This document shows positions 49,904 to 59,704 of a DNA stretch of 64,000 bases, one piece after another. The stretch's first letter is position 1, and every line of letters begins with the position of its first letter. Below the pieces are notes generated by a model. It was not told the DNA's origin, ran no database searches, and saw only the letters and a list, made by a program, of their open reading frames with translations. The DNA lies in the NCBI GenBank assembly GCA_963696385.1, contig CAVOKF010000003.1, forward strand, positions 128,001 to 192,000, written 5' to 3'. The position numbers were made by a program, and so were the translations under genes. Source of the DNA: an uncultured delta proteobacterium (lineage in GTDB: Bacteria; Myxococcota_A; Polyangia; Polyangiales; Polyangiaceae).

Positions 49904-50874
49904 CGACCGGCCTCCGGAAAGTACTCCTCCAGGCTAAAGTATCGCTCGCCCGTGTCAGGCAGGACGGTCACGACGTTCTTGCCCATTCCGAGCTCTCGCG
50001 CGACGTCGAGTGCAGCGTGAACCGCCGCGCCGGCGCTGATGCCCACGAGCAGCCCTTCACGGCGTGCGAGTTCGACCTTCATACGCCACGCGTCCGAGTC
50101 GCTGACCGTGCGCACCTCATCGACGACTTCGGGGTGATAATTTTTCGGAACGAAGCCTGCGCCGAGTCCCTGAATCTTGGTCGGGCCGCGCTCGTCGCGC
50201 GAAATGGTTGCGCAGGACTCAGGCTCGACGGCGACGATCCGGGGTCGGGGCGAAAGCTGGTGACGCAACGCTTTGCCCACACCGCTGATCGTTCCGCCCG
50301 TGCCCACCCCCGCCACGAACGCGTCGATATGCAAGCCGTCCATCGCTCGGATGATCTCCTGCGCCGTGGCGTGCTCATGAATGTTCGGGTTGGCCGCGTT
50401 CCCGAACTGATCCGGCAGGAACGCCCCAGGGGTCGTGTCTGCGAGGGCTCGCGCCGCAGAGACTGCCCCGGCCAGCTGTTCGGTCTCCGGCGTGAGCACG
50501 ACCTCGGCTCCGAACGCCTCGAGCAATTGGCGGCGCTCGAGGCTCATGCTCTCGGGCATCGCCAGAATGCACCGGTACCCACGAACCGCGCAGACCAAAG
50601 CAAGGCCGACTCCGGTGTTTCCGCTCGTGGGCTCCACCACGACACCGCCCGGCTTCAGACGTCCCGTGCGTTCCGCGTCGTCGATCATGGAAAGAGCAAT
50701 GCGGTCCTTGACCGACCCGGCCGGATTGGCCTGCTCCATCTTGGCCCAGACGGCCGCCCTGCGACCCGGGCGCCCGGGCGTGCGGATGGCGATGAGCGGC
50801 GTCTCGCCGACCAGATCGAGCACGCTTTCGGCCAGTAGGAGCGGAGGCGCCGAGGAGCGCTCAGGCATCGTCAT
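49900..50874 (-). CDS. cysK: Cysteine synthase A
   Basis: NPAGSVKDR, EPTSGNTG, GVGTGGT, KIQGLGAGF, PDTGERY. Confidence 0.93.
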   Translation of the reverse strand: MTMPERSSAPPLLLAESVLDLVGETPLIAIRTPGRPGRRAAVWAKMEQANPAGSVKDRIALSMIDDAERTGRLKPGGVVVEPTSGNTGVGLALVCAVRGYRCILAMPESMSLERRQLLEAFGAEVVLTPETEQLAGAVSAARALADTTPGAFLPDQFGNAANPNIHEHATAQEIIRAMDGLHIDAFVAGVGTGGTISGVGKALRHQLSPRPRIVAVEPESCATISRDERGPTKIQGLGAGFVPKNYHPEVVDEVRTVSDSDAWRMKVELARREGLLVGISAGAAVHAALDVARELGMGKNVVTVLPDTGERYFSLEEYFPEAGR

Positions 50875-50940
50875 GCAAACTTATTTCTAGCACGGTGACC
50901 CCCGCGGGCGGATCGGAGGCTGATTGCGTTATAGAAGCTC

Positions 50941-51936
50941 ATGCGCGGCTCCGACCACGCTCAATCGCTCCACGCCCTGCACCCTCCAATCGACCTGCAC
51001 GCCGACACACTCATGTGGTCGAGGTGGCTCGGCTACGACGTTCATAAGAGGCACCACGCTCCCCTTTGGCGTTCGGCACTCGGCGGACACGTGGACGTCC
51101 CGCGGATGCGAGACGGAGGCATCGGAGCGCAGTTTTTCAGCCTCGTCTCGCTGCCCATCGTACCCCACGCGGGCGGGCTGACGCGCGCTGTGAACGAGCA
51201 AATCGACATTCTTAACGAGTTCGTCCTGCGCGGTCCGCAGGACATCCGTCTTGCCCGCACTGCCGCTGAGGTCGAGCGGTGCCGCCGCGACGGCGTGATC
51301 GCGGCGCTTTTGGGCATCGAAGGCGCGCACGCCCTAGAGGGAGATCTCGACAAGATCCATGCCTTCGCGTGTCGAGGCGTACGTTACTTGGGCCTTCTGC
51401 ACTTCAGCGCGAACGACGCTGGCTACCCTGCCTACGGATCGGGCCGGCGGGATGAACAAGGGCTGACCCCCTGGGGGTTCGAGCTCATTCGACGCTGCGA
51501 GGCCGAGAATGTTCTCGTCGACCTTTCGCACATCAACCGTCGAGGCTTTCTCGATGCGTGCCGGGTCGCCTCCAGGCCGCCCATCGTCAGTCATACCGGC
51601 GTCCTCGGGGCCCACAAGCATTGGCGCAACATCGACGACGATCAGCTGCGCGCCGTGGCCGACAAAGGCGGCGTTGTCGGCGTCATTTTCTATCCACGTT
51701 ACCTCGGCGGCGAGGGATTGGAGCCCGTCGTCAAGCACTTCATGCACATTCTGAACGTTGTCGGAGAGGACGCCCCGGCGCTCGGGAGCGACTGGGACGG
51801 ATTCATCGTGCCGACGCGGCAGCTCTCCGACCCAGGCGGCTTGCCGCTCCTCACGGACGCTTTACTTCGCGCAGGCGTCACGGAGCGGGCCCTAAGCAAG
51901 ATCTTGCGCGGCAACGTCCTGAGAATCTTGTCGTAG
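50941..51936 (+). CDS. Membrane dipeptidase (peptidase M19)
   Basis: DLHAD, IEGAH, DLSH, SHTG, RNIDD, GSDWDG. Confidence 0.92.
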   Translation: MRGSDHAQSLHALHPPIDLHADTLMWSRWLGYDVHKRHHAPLWRSALGGHVDVPRMRDGGIGAQFFSLVSLPIVPHAGGLTRAVNEQIDILNEFVLRGPQDIRLARTAAEVERCRRDGVIAALLGIEGAHALEGDLDKIHAFACRGVRYLGLLHFSANDAGYPAYGSGRRDEQGLTPWGFELIRRCEAENVLVDLSHINRRGFLDACRVASRPPIVSHTGVLGAHKHWRNIDDDQLRAVADKGGVVGVIFYPRYLGGEGLEPVVKHFMHILNVVGEDAPALGSDWDGFIVPTRQLSDPGGLPLLTDALLRAGVTERALSKILRGNVLRILS

Positions 51937-52013
51937 ACCCCCCCGAGCGGCACGGTCGAGCTGGGGGTTACCTAGACCCGTTGAAGGCGATACGCTAGCG
52001 TCGTGCTTCGTAG

Positions 52014-53291
52014 GTGACTGCCGCCATCGAACTCGTCGCGACCGCTGCGGCGACCGCCATTGGGTCGCTGTTCGCCGCGAGCGACGCCGCGCTGAGCGAG
52101 ATTCCCGAGGGACGAATGCAGGCGTTGAGCGCCGATCCCGGCGCCGCGGGAGCGGCTTTTCGGCGATTCACCGATGACCCCCAGCGCTTGCTTTCGCGTT
52201 GGTTGGTGGGGCGCGTCGTGGCCTTGAGCGTGGCCAGCGTACTGCTGAGCGACGCGGCCAGGCTGATGGGGCTCGATCGCTTTGCCCTTCCCGTGGCTGT
52301 CCTCGGCGCGGTCCTGACGTACGGCACATTCACGGAGATATTCGGTACCCTGGCGCGGCGACGTCCCGAACGCGTCGGAGCACTCGGACTCGCCTTCCTG
52401 CGCCCGCTCGAATGGGTGGTCGCTCCTCTCGCGGATCCCCTGGCCGTCCTCGGCCGGGCGGTGCGACGGCGCGTTCCCAAGTCGCGTCCGACCGACGCGC
52501 GCATTGCCGAGAGCGAAGTCGAGTGGGTCGTCAGCGAGGGGGAGAAGGCTGGAGCCATCGCAAACGAGCCGGCGGAGATGATCCGCAAGGTCCTCGACTT
52601 CAAGGACCTCACCGCCGAGGAAGTGATGGTCCCCAGGCGTCTGATTCGTGGCGTGGAAGTGGGTACGGCACTCGTGGACGTCGTGGCGCTCGTCGCCTCG
52701 GAGAAACATTCGCGTTACCCGGTCTTTCGAGAAAACCTCGATAACGTCGTGGCGCTTCTCTACGCCAAGGATTTGTTCGCCGTCATGCGCGACGGGCGCC
52801 TCGGCACCGCGAAGCTTTCAGAGATTGCGCGCACCCCCGTGCCTTTCGTGAGCCAGAACGAGCCGGCCGCGAAGGTCCTTCAGGATATGCGATCGCGTCG
52901 GCTGCACGTCGCCATCGTGAGCGACGAATTCGGAGGTACATCGGGCCTGGTCACGCTCGAGGACATTCTCCAGGAAATCGTCGGTGACATCCGCGCCGAG
53001 CATGACGTCGACGCTCTGATCCATGCGATCGGAGACGGGCGCGTCGTCGCGGACGCATCCGTCCATCTCGATGAGCTTTCTCGCGCGCTCGGCAAGCCGC
53101 TCCCCAACGACGGAGAGTTCGAGTCGCTCGGAGGCCTCATCGTGAGCCGCGCGGGCCACGTACCGCAGGTCGGTGCAACGCTCCAAGTGGACGGGCTCAA
53201 ACTCATCGTCCGCGAAGCCGACGCGACCCGTGTCGTGAAGGTGGAGATTGTACCTGACCGGGCGCTGCAGCCTGCGCCCACGATATCGTGA
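52014..53291 (+). CDS. CNNM/HlyC-CorC family transporter (CBS pair plus CorC)
   Basis: TM region, EVMVPR, HSRYPV, DEFGGTSGLVTLEDI, ESLGGL. Confidence 0.92.
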   Translation: MTAAIELVATAAATAIGSLFAASDAALSEIPEGRMQALSADPGAAGAAFRRFTDDPQRLLSRWLVGRVVALSVASVLLSDAARLMGLDRFALPVAVLGAVLTYGTFTEIFGTLARRRPERVGALGLAFLRPLEWVVAPLADPLAVLGRAVRRRVPKSRPTDARIAESEVEWVVSEGEKAGAIANEPAEMIRKVLDFKDLTAEEVMVPRRLIRGVEVGTALVDVVALVASEKHSRYPVFRENLDNVVALLYAKDLFAVMRDGRLGTAKLSEIARTPVPFVSQNEPAAKVLQDMRSRRLHVAIVSDEFGGTSGLVTLEDILQEIVGDIRAEHDVDALIHAIGDGRVVADASVHLDELSRALGKPLPNDGEFESLGGLIVSRAGHVPQVGATLQVDGLKLIVREADATRVVKVEIVPDRALQPAPTIS

Positions 53292-53689
53292 AGGCGCCGC
53301 GCCCCGACGCGATTCGGCTCTACACGTGCGTTCGGGACGTCAAGGCGCCGAGCCCACCTTTTGGGCTCGCCCACTGGAGTGACGACGCGACCGCGCTAGC
53401 GGTATGGCTCGAAACCGGCAGAGCCGAGGACCTCGCGGCGATTGCTGCCCAGATCCCGCAGGCGGACACGCTGGCCGCGAACGTGTCCGTCGCGATCCTG
53501 GGGACCGCCGTCCGTCGACGCGGAGTCTGGGGTCGGGTCTTCGGCCTTGGCACGGTCATCGTTTCCACGGACGTCCGTTGCACGGCCCTGCTGGTGCGCG
53601 GCTACGTCGACATCGGTGCGGAGCCGACGATGCACCGCGGTGCATGCGTCGTCTGGGGACGGTCGCCCGAAGCCGATCGCGCTGGATAG
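53288..53689 (+). CDS. Hypothetical protein
   Basis: 4-bp overlap with the upstream gene; CTALLVRGY..VWG. Confidence 0.6.
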   Translation: MKAPRPDAIRLYTCVRDVKAPSPPFGLAHWSDDATALAVWLETGRAEDLAAIAAQIPQADTLAANVSVAILGTAVRRRGVWGRVFGLGTVIVSTDVRCTALLVRGYVDIGAEPTMHRGACVVWGRSPEADRAG

Positions 53690-53741
53690 CCATGCGCGAG
53701 AGCGCATCCAAAAGCGGGATCCGCCTCGCCGCGACCGGCGG

Positions 53742-54908
53742 TCAGTTCACCTTGTTCAATTGATCGGCCAGCTTGGCCGCCGTGTCGGCCAGGCCCGGCT
53801 TCGGCTCCGAGATGGCTTCGCCTTCGGCTCGTTGGCCCTGAATATCGTCGACGACCGAGTTCATCGAGCTGATGAGCTGTGCGATTTGACCCCGCGTTGC
53901 GCTCGGACAGACCTTCTCGAAGGTGTTGGGCACGATGGTGATCGCCGCGCCTTCCTTGGGGACTTTGTCCGTCGAGAGACGCGGAAGCTTGACATTGCCT
54001 CCGCCACGCGGATTCGCAAACGTCAGTTCGCTGGGGACGCCGTTCTTGTCGTCCGGTGCGATGGGAGTTGCGAGCGGAGCGAGGAATGCCCCAGAGGAGG
54101 GCGTGTCCTTGTCGACGACCACGACGTACGAGACGGGCAGCTGGCCGGGCGGGCGGCTCAACTCCTCGGTGATCGGCTTCTGCAACTTGCTCAGCAGCGA
54201 GACGATGAGATCCTTTTTGTCGTTGAGGGTCTGCACGCGCGTAATGAACTCAAACAGAAGCCGCGTCGTATCCGCAGGCACGCCGCTGAAGCGCCGGCCA
54301 AAGAGCTTGTCGCCGCCGAAATCGACGTTCAATCCCGAAAGCTGCTGACCGAGATCCGCCGGGAACTTGCGATCGGCGATCAACGTCTTACCGCCGTCTT
54401 GAAGTTTTTGCCTGAGCTCTTCAAGCGAGGTCTTGGCCTTGACGACGTCCGCCGCCAGGTCGTGCGCATCATGCACGCCCTGCATCCGTGCGGCCCCCTG
54501 GGAAGTTGCGCTGCCGCCGACGTACCCGAGAACGCCGAACACCCCCGCGACGACTATCCCCGCCATGAGTCCGCGCTTGAAGCCTCCGCTGCGAGCCTGC
54601 CGAACGACTCCTTCATCGAGCTCGATGAGCTGCGGCTGCATCGGCGAGGCGGCCACGGCTTGGGCGAACGGTTGGGCCACGGCCGCCAACTGGCCGGCGA
54701 CGTCAAGGCCCGGAGGACGACCCGAGACCGATCGCTGCGGCGCTCCCGAAGGCATCGATCCGGGCGGAAGCGAGGGACCTCTCAGCCCCGAGGGGCCCAC
54801 GGCGGGAGGCATACTCCCACTTGGAGGCGGCGGCGTCGGCCCCGGGGGACCACCCATCTTTTGCAGACGGGACTTCAAATCAATCTTCGGCTTTCTGTCT
54901 TCCGCCAT
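53742..54908 (-). CDS. Hypothetical bitopic membrane protein (Pro-rich N-terminus, TM, coiled coil)
   Basis: Coherent 388-aa ORF with one TM helix. Confidence 0.8.
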   Translation of the reverse strand: MAEDRKPKIDLKSRLQKMGGPPGPTPPPPSGSMPPAVGPSGLRGPSLPPGSMPSGAPQRSVSGRPPGLDVAGQLAAVAQPFAQAVAASPMQPQLIELDEGVVRQARSGGFKRGLMAGIVVAGVFGVLGYVGGSATSQGAARMQGVHDAHDLAADVVKAKTSLEELRQKLQDGGKTLIADRKFPADLGQQLSGLNVDFGGDKLFGRRFSGVPADTTRLLFEFITRVQTLNDKKDLIVSLLSKLQKPITEELSRPPGQLPVSYVVVVDKDTPSSGAFLAPLATPIAPDDKNGVPSELTFANPRGGGNVKLPRLSTDKVPKEGAAITIVPNTFEKVCPSATRGQIAQLISSMNSVVDDIQGQRAEGEAISEPKPGLADTAAKLADQLNKVN

Positions 54909-55304
54909 CGTGAGTTCGCGACCTTACGTGCCCCCATACTCGAATGTCAACGTGACCGGCGTCCGGCGCCGGGGGCTTTTTTTCGTCCGCCGCTCGTCTG
55001 CCGCCCGCGCCAGAAACGTCCGTTGCGCACCGCTCCGCAACGCCCTCTGCCGTACGTCGGTCGTGTCGCACAATCGCGCCCATTTGACCATGTTTTCGAG
55101 AACCGCCAGCAAGCTTCCGAACAGCCAGGCCCCACGGCGGCGACAGGGTCGCGTCGTTTGCTCCCACGATTGTTGCGGCTGCTCCATCCACTCCACCTCG
55201 GCGGAGCGAGCTCCGAGCGCAGCGAAGCGCTCAGGGGTGGGGCGAGTTTCTGACAGGCGGCGTAAGGTCGAGTTTATGACTAGGCTCGGACCTGACCGAA
55301 AGCG

Positions 55305-55907
55305 ATGAGCCTGCGCGTCTTGGTGATCGACAACTACGACTCGTTCACGTTCAACCTGGTGCAATACCTCGGAGAGCTCGGTGCGAGCGTCGAGGTACAC
55401 AAGAATGATGCCATCGGCGTCACGGGAGTTCGTGCAGCAGACCCGGATGCCATTGTCATCTCCCCGGGGCCATGCACTCCGAATGAGGCCGGTGTTTCGC
55501 TTGATTTAATCCGACAACTGGCCGGTTCCTCGCCGATTTTGGGCGTCTGCCTTGGCCATCAGGCCATCGGACAGGCTTACGGAGGGCGGGTCGTCCGCGC
55601 GGAGCGACTCATGCACGGAAAGACGTCTCCCATTTTGCACGATGGCCGTGACCTCTTCGAGGGCATCGCATCGCCGTTTGACGCTACGCGCTATCATTCG
55701 CTCCTGGTCGAGCGCGAATCCCTACCCGCATGCTTGGAGGTGAGCGCGTGGACCGAAGATGGCGAGATCATGGGCCTCAGGCACCGCGAGCACCCCGTGC
55801 AGGGGGTGCAATTCCATCCTGAAAGCATCCTGACCCTTCCAGGCAAGCAACTGGTGGCCAACTGGCTTCAGCGCATCGCCGGCTTCCGTGGTTCGATTTG
55901 CGATTGA
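55305..55907 (+). CDS. trpG: Anthranilate/aminodeoxychorismate synthase component II
   Basis: [30 protein letters not shown]. Confidence 0.93.
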   Translation: MSLRVLVIDNYDSFTFNLVQYLGELGASVEVHKNDAIGVTGVRAADPDAIVISPGPCTPNEAGVSLDLIRQLAGSSPILGVCLGHQAIGQAYGGRVVRAERLMHGKTSPILHDGRDLFEGIASPFDATRYHSLLVERESLPACLEVSAWTEDGEIMGLRHREHPVQGVQFHPESILTLPGKQLVANWLQRIAGFRGSICD

Positions 55908-55918
55908 GCTGGGGCCCG

Positions 55919-56953
55919 ATGAGGGGGAGTTTCCCGGAGGCGCTCGCTCGACTCCTGTCGTCGGCACCGATTGCGAAGGGAGAGGTTCGGAGCGCGTTCG
56001 ACGAGATCTTCGCCGGCCGGTGGACGGCGGTGCAAGTCGGAGCGTTTGCGGTGGCGCTGCGCATGAAGGGCGAGCCCGCCGAAGCCATCGTGGCCGGAGC
56101 TGAGGCTCTGCGGGCGACGATGACGGTTGTGGATCACGACTTTCCAATCGTCGTCGACACTTGCGGCACCGGAGGGGATGGGGCGCAAACGCTCAACCTT
56201 TCGAGCGGCGCCGCGCTGGTCGTCGCGGCATGCGAACTGCCGGTCGCCAAGCACGGCAATCGGTCCGCCTCGAGCCGTTGCGGGAGCGCCGATGTGTTCG
56301 AGGCGATGGGCATCCCCATCGACTTATCCCCGGCCCTCCAGGCCGATGTCTTTCGCGAAGCGGGCATTGCGTTCCTCTTTGCCCAAGCGCACCACCCGGC
56401 CCTTCGACACGCCGCGCAAGCGCGCAGGGAGCTCGGTACCCGAACGATTTTCAACGCACTGGGGCCGCTCGCGAACCCTGCTCGTCCCACCCATCAACTC
56501 GTCGGCGTTTACGAAGATTCGCTCAGGCCGATCGCCGCGCGCGCCCTCGGTATGTTGGGTGTACGGCATGCTTGGGTCGTACGGGGTGAGGACGGCCTCG
56601 ACGAGGTAAGCCCGTGCGCGCCCACGCGCGTGAGCGAATGGAAGGTTGCCGAAGGCGATGTTCGCGAACGCATCGTGACTCCGGAAGACTTCGGGTTGTC
56701 GCGACTCGCCCGAGCCGCCGTCCTGGGAGGCGAGGTCGAGGAGAACGCGCGCGCGCTCGACGCCATCATCAACGGCCAGCCCCATCCCGCCCGGGACGCG
56801 GTCCTGCTCAACGCCGCCGCGGCGCTTGCCATCGCGACGGGCGACGAGTTGCGAGGGTGCACCGAGCGCGCCCGACGCGCCGTCGACAGCGGCGCTGCGC
56901 GAGAGACCCTCGAACGATGGAGGCGCGTGGCACATCGCGCGCGCATGGCTTGA
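55919..56953 (+). CDS. trpD: Anthranilate phosphoribosyltransferase
   Basis: DTCGTGGDG, KHGNRS, RTIFN..GPL.NP, GLDE. Confidence 0.96.
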   Translation: MRGSFPEALARLLSSAPIAKGEVRSAFDEIFAGRWTAVQVGAFAVALRMKGEPAEAIVAGAEALRATMTVVDHDFPIVVDTCGTGGDGAQTLNLSSGAALVVAACELPVAKHGNRSASSRCGSADVFEAMGIPIDLSPALQADVFREAGIAFLFAQAHHPALRHAAQARRELGTRTIFNALGPLANPARPTHQLVGVYEDSLRPIAARALGMLGVRHAWVVRGEDGLDEVSPCAPTRVSEWKVAEGDVRERIVTPEDFGLSRLARAAVLGGEVEENARALDAIINGQPHPARDAVLLNAAAALAIATGDELRGCTERARRAVDSGAARETLERWRRVAHRARMA

Positions 56954-57759
56954 GTCGGCTGGCCGCCATCGTCGAATCCAAGGTCCGCGAAGTTCAGGCG
57001 CTTCGTGGAACCCCCCGCACTCGGTCGCGCCGGGATCCGCTCGGGATTGGGCCCGCGCTGCACCGCGGTCCGGGCGGAGAACTGCGCCTCATCGCCGAAG
57101 TCAAGCTGCGAAGTCCGAGCGCGGGGCTGCTTTCGCGTGCGCTCGATCCCGCTGCGCGCGCGGCGGCGTACGCTGAAGCGGGCGCGTCGATGGTGAGCGT
57201 GCTCTGCGACGGGCCGTTCTTCGACGGCTCATGGCAGCACCTCTCGGCGGTGCGCGAGCGTCTCGACGCGGCGGGCTACAGGACGCCCTTGCTCGCCAAG
57301 GAGTTCGTCATCGACCCGCGACAGATTCAGGAGGCACGAGACCGGGGTGCCGACGCCGTACTCCTCATCGCCCGCATCGTGGACGCGGCGGCGCTGATGG
57401 CACTTGCTCGCGTCGCGCGAGACGAGGGCATCGAGCCTTTCATCGAAGTCGTCGACGCCCGGGAGATCGAAGCGGCCCTTTGCGCGGACGCGTGCATCGT
57501 GGGGGTCAACGCGCGCGACCTCGACACCCTTGCCATGGACGCCGCTCGCGCGGAGAGTGTCCTCGCCTCGATCCCCCAAGGCGTCGTTGCGGTGCACCTG
57601 TCCGGCTTGCGTGAGGCGAGTGACGTCGCCGCCATCGCTCGTGGTCGCGCAGACGCGGCTCTCGTCGGCGAAGCGTTGATGCGTGACGACGACCCCAGGC
57701 CCCGCCTGCGGGCGCTCGTCGCCGCGGGGCGACCGCCAAATGTTTCGCCGCGCGAGTGA
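56950..57759 (+). CDS. trpC: Indole-3-glycerol phosphate synthase
   Basis: IAEVK..SPS.G, SVL, LAKEF, GADAVLLI, GVNARDL, LVGEALM. Confidence 0.93.
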   Translation: MSRLAAIVESKVREVQALRGTPRTRSRRDPLGIGPALHRGPGGELRLIAEVKLRSPSAGLLSRALDPAARAAAYAEAGASMVSVLCDGPFFDGSWQHLSAVRERLDAAGYRTPLLAKEFVIDPRQIQEARDRGADAVLLIARIVDAAALMALARVARDEGIEPFIEVVDAREIEAALCADACIVGVNARDLDTLAMDAARAESVLASIPQGVVAVHLSGLREASDVAAIARGRADAALVGEALMRDDDPRPRLRALVAAGRPPNVSPRE

Positions 57760-58695
57760 TTGTCGCCTACGATCGACCGTAGCTTGGAACTGCACGGTTG
57801 GATTGACGCGTACCTCAACCACCTGCGCGTCGAGCGACTTCTGGCGCGCAACACGCTCGATGCTTACGCAAACGATTTGAATGCGCTGGCTCGTCACGTC
57901 GGGGCCGAAGTGGACCCGGCTCGGGTCGGGGCCGAAGTGATCGGATCGCTGCTGCTCGAAAATGTGGAGCGGCACGGATTGAGTGCACGATCGAGCGCGC
58001 GCCAGCTATCGGCCATTCGCGGACTGTTCCGATTTCTCGTCCGCGAGCGCGCCATCCCCGAGGACCCCACTCGGCTCCTCGATCGGCCGCGCGTAACTCG
58101 GAACCTTCCGCGGATTCTCTCGTTCGATCAGGTCGATCGCTTGCTCGCGGCGCCCGACTGCACCACCGACAGAGGCTGCCTGCACGCCGCCATGCTGCAT
58201 CTGATGTACGCATCCGGCCTACGGGTCAGTGAGCTATGCGCCTTGTCCGTCGCCGATCTGGATCGACAGCGCGGCGTCGTCCGGGCTCGCGGAAAGGGTG
58301 GCAAACGGCGCCTCGTTCCGGTGGGCGAGGTCGCGTTGGCGCACGTCGGCCACTACCTCGACGTCGTTCGTCCCAAGGCACGTGTCGAGATGCCATCGGT
58401 TCTGTTTCTGTCGCCCCGTGGGGGCCCATTCACTCGCGAAGGCTTCTGGAAGCTCGTGCGCCGGTACGCCGTAGGGGCTGGCATATTGCCCCTGCCCTCT
58501 CCGCACAAGCTGCGGCACTCGTTTGCAACGCATTTGCTGCGCGGCGGTGCCGATCTACGCGCCGTGCAAGCCATGTTGGGACATGCCGACTTGGGTACGA
58601 CCGAAATCTATACACATATTAGCCCCGAGCACGTGCGCGAAGCGCATGCCAAAGCCCATCCGCGCGGCCTGGGGCGCCAGGGGTCCGTTTCGTAA
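57760..58695 (+). CDS. xerD: Tyrosine recombinase XerD
   Basis: YASGLRVSEL, GKGGKRRLVP, SPHKLRHSFATHLL, LGH, TTEIYTH. Confidence 0.92.
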   Translation: MSPTIDRSLELHGWIDAYLNHLRVERLLARNTLDAYANDLNALARHVGAEVDPARVGAEVIGSLLLENVERHGLSARSSARQLSAIRGLFRFLVRERAIPEDPTRLLDRPRVTRNLPRILSFDQVDRLLAAPDCTTDRGCLHAAMLHLMYASGLRVSELCALSVADLDRQRGVVRARGKGGKRRLVPVGEVALAHVGHYLDVVRPKARVEMPSVLFLSPRGGPFTREGFWKLVRRYAVGAGILPLPSPHKLRHSFATHLLRGGADLRAVQAMLGHADLGTTEIYTHISPEHVREAHAKAHPRGLGRQGSVS

Positions 58696-58835
58696 GGGCA
58701 AGGGCGAATGGGCGGGAGCGAATTCGGGGGTCGGGCGGAGCCCAAAGGACAGATCTCGTCTCGCGCACCGCCGAGTCGCGAAGCGAAGCCATCGCGCCGC
58801 GATGGCTGGAGGGTGCATCGACGGCGGTGCACGGG
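58679..58835 (+). repeat. Structured intergenic element, copy D (5' domain shortened)
   Basis: AGGGGTCCGTTTCGTAAG end; CGAATGGGC-GGGA-GCGAATTCG hairpin; GGGGGTCGGGCGGAGCCCAAAGGA core; 3' stem 58760-58835. Confidence 0.8.
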
Positions 58836-58864
58836 TGCGCGCCATGCTAGTTTCGCCCTCGGCC

Positions 58865-59704
58865 ATGCGCGCTCCGTTTGAGCGAATCGATCCCGTGGCG
58901 CCCGAGACACCCGTCGTCGTCGAGGTACCGCACGCCGGGCTCGAAATGCCCGCCCCGTTTCTGGAGCCGCTAGCCGCTCCCGCGCGCTCGATCGCGCGAG
59001 ACGCTGATTTGTATGTGGACGGGCTTTACGAAGACGCTCCGGCGGAAGGCGCAACCCTACTCGTGGCCCGAGCGTCACGTTATGTCATCGACTTGAATCG
59101 TGCCGAGGGCGATGTGGACGCCGAGGTCGTCGAGGGCGGACGGGCCGACAGCCGGATGCAGCACGGGCTCGTGTGGCGCACGACGAGCGACGGCGAACGG
59201 GCGCTGGTTCGACGCCTGACGTCTACCGAGCTCACGGAGCGGCTCGATCTGGTGTGGCGCCCTTATCATCGCGAGCTGAGCGCCATCGTCGAGCGCAAAC
59301 GAATCCGCTTCGGGTTCGCCATATTGCTCGCCGCTCACTCGATGCCAAGCGTCGAGCGGGGATCGCGAGGCGCACCGGGCCGCGAACCCGGCTCGAGCGG
59401 CCGCAGAGCCGACGTCGTACCCGGGTCACGCGGCCGCAAGAGTGCGGGGGCACCGTTCATCGCGGCGATCGAGGACCACGCCATTGCCCACGGATGGAGC
59501 GTGCGGCATGACGACCCCTACGCGGGTGGCTTCACGACGCAGTACTACGGCCGGCCGGCTCAACATGTCCATGCCGTTCAGCTCGAGCTCTCTCGCCGCC
59601 TGTATCTGGACGAGGTGTCCCTTCGGCCGCTCGCGAGCTTCGGCGCCGTCCGGGACTGGTGCCGCAGCCTCGTTGCACGGCTCGGTCGAATGGATGCGGC
59701 CTAA
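58865..59704 (+). CDS. N-formylglutamate amidohydrolase
   Basis: VPHAG, DADLYVD, SRYVIDLNR, PYH, HSMPS, PYAGG, QLE. Confidence 0.92.
   Translation: MRAPFERIDPVAPETPVVVEVPHAGLEMPAPFLEPLAAPARSIARDADLYVDGLYEDAPAEGATLLVARASRYVIDLNRAEGDVDAEVVEGGRADSRMQHGLVWRTTSDGERALVRRLTSTELTERLDLVWRPYHRELSAIVERKRIRFGFAILLAAHSMPSVERGSRGAPGREPGSSGRRADVVPGSRGRKSAGAPFIAAIEDHAIAHGWSVRHDDPYAGGFTTQYYGRPAQHVHAVQLELSRRLYLDEVSLRPLASFGAVRDWCRSLVARLGRMDAA

Noticed and set aside
54928..54983. trp attenuator (GC stem plus T7)
   Set aside because: No Trp-codon leader peptide upstream on the + strand, and it sits about 320 bp from trpG, right at the start of the divergent gene
53442..55253. 603-aa + strand ORF
   Set aside because: Antisense shadow of the 53742-54908 gene; Arg-rich with no motifs
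57760..58695. Prophage or island integrase
   Set aside because: XerD-type motifs, located in the trp operon context, with no phage genes or att repeats visible
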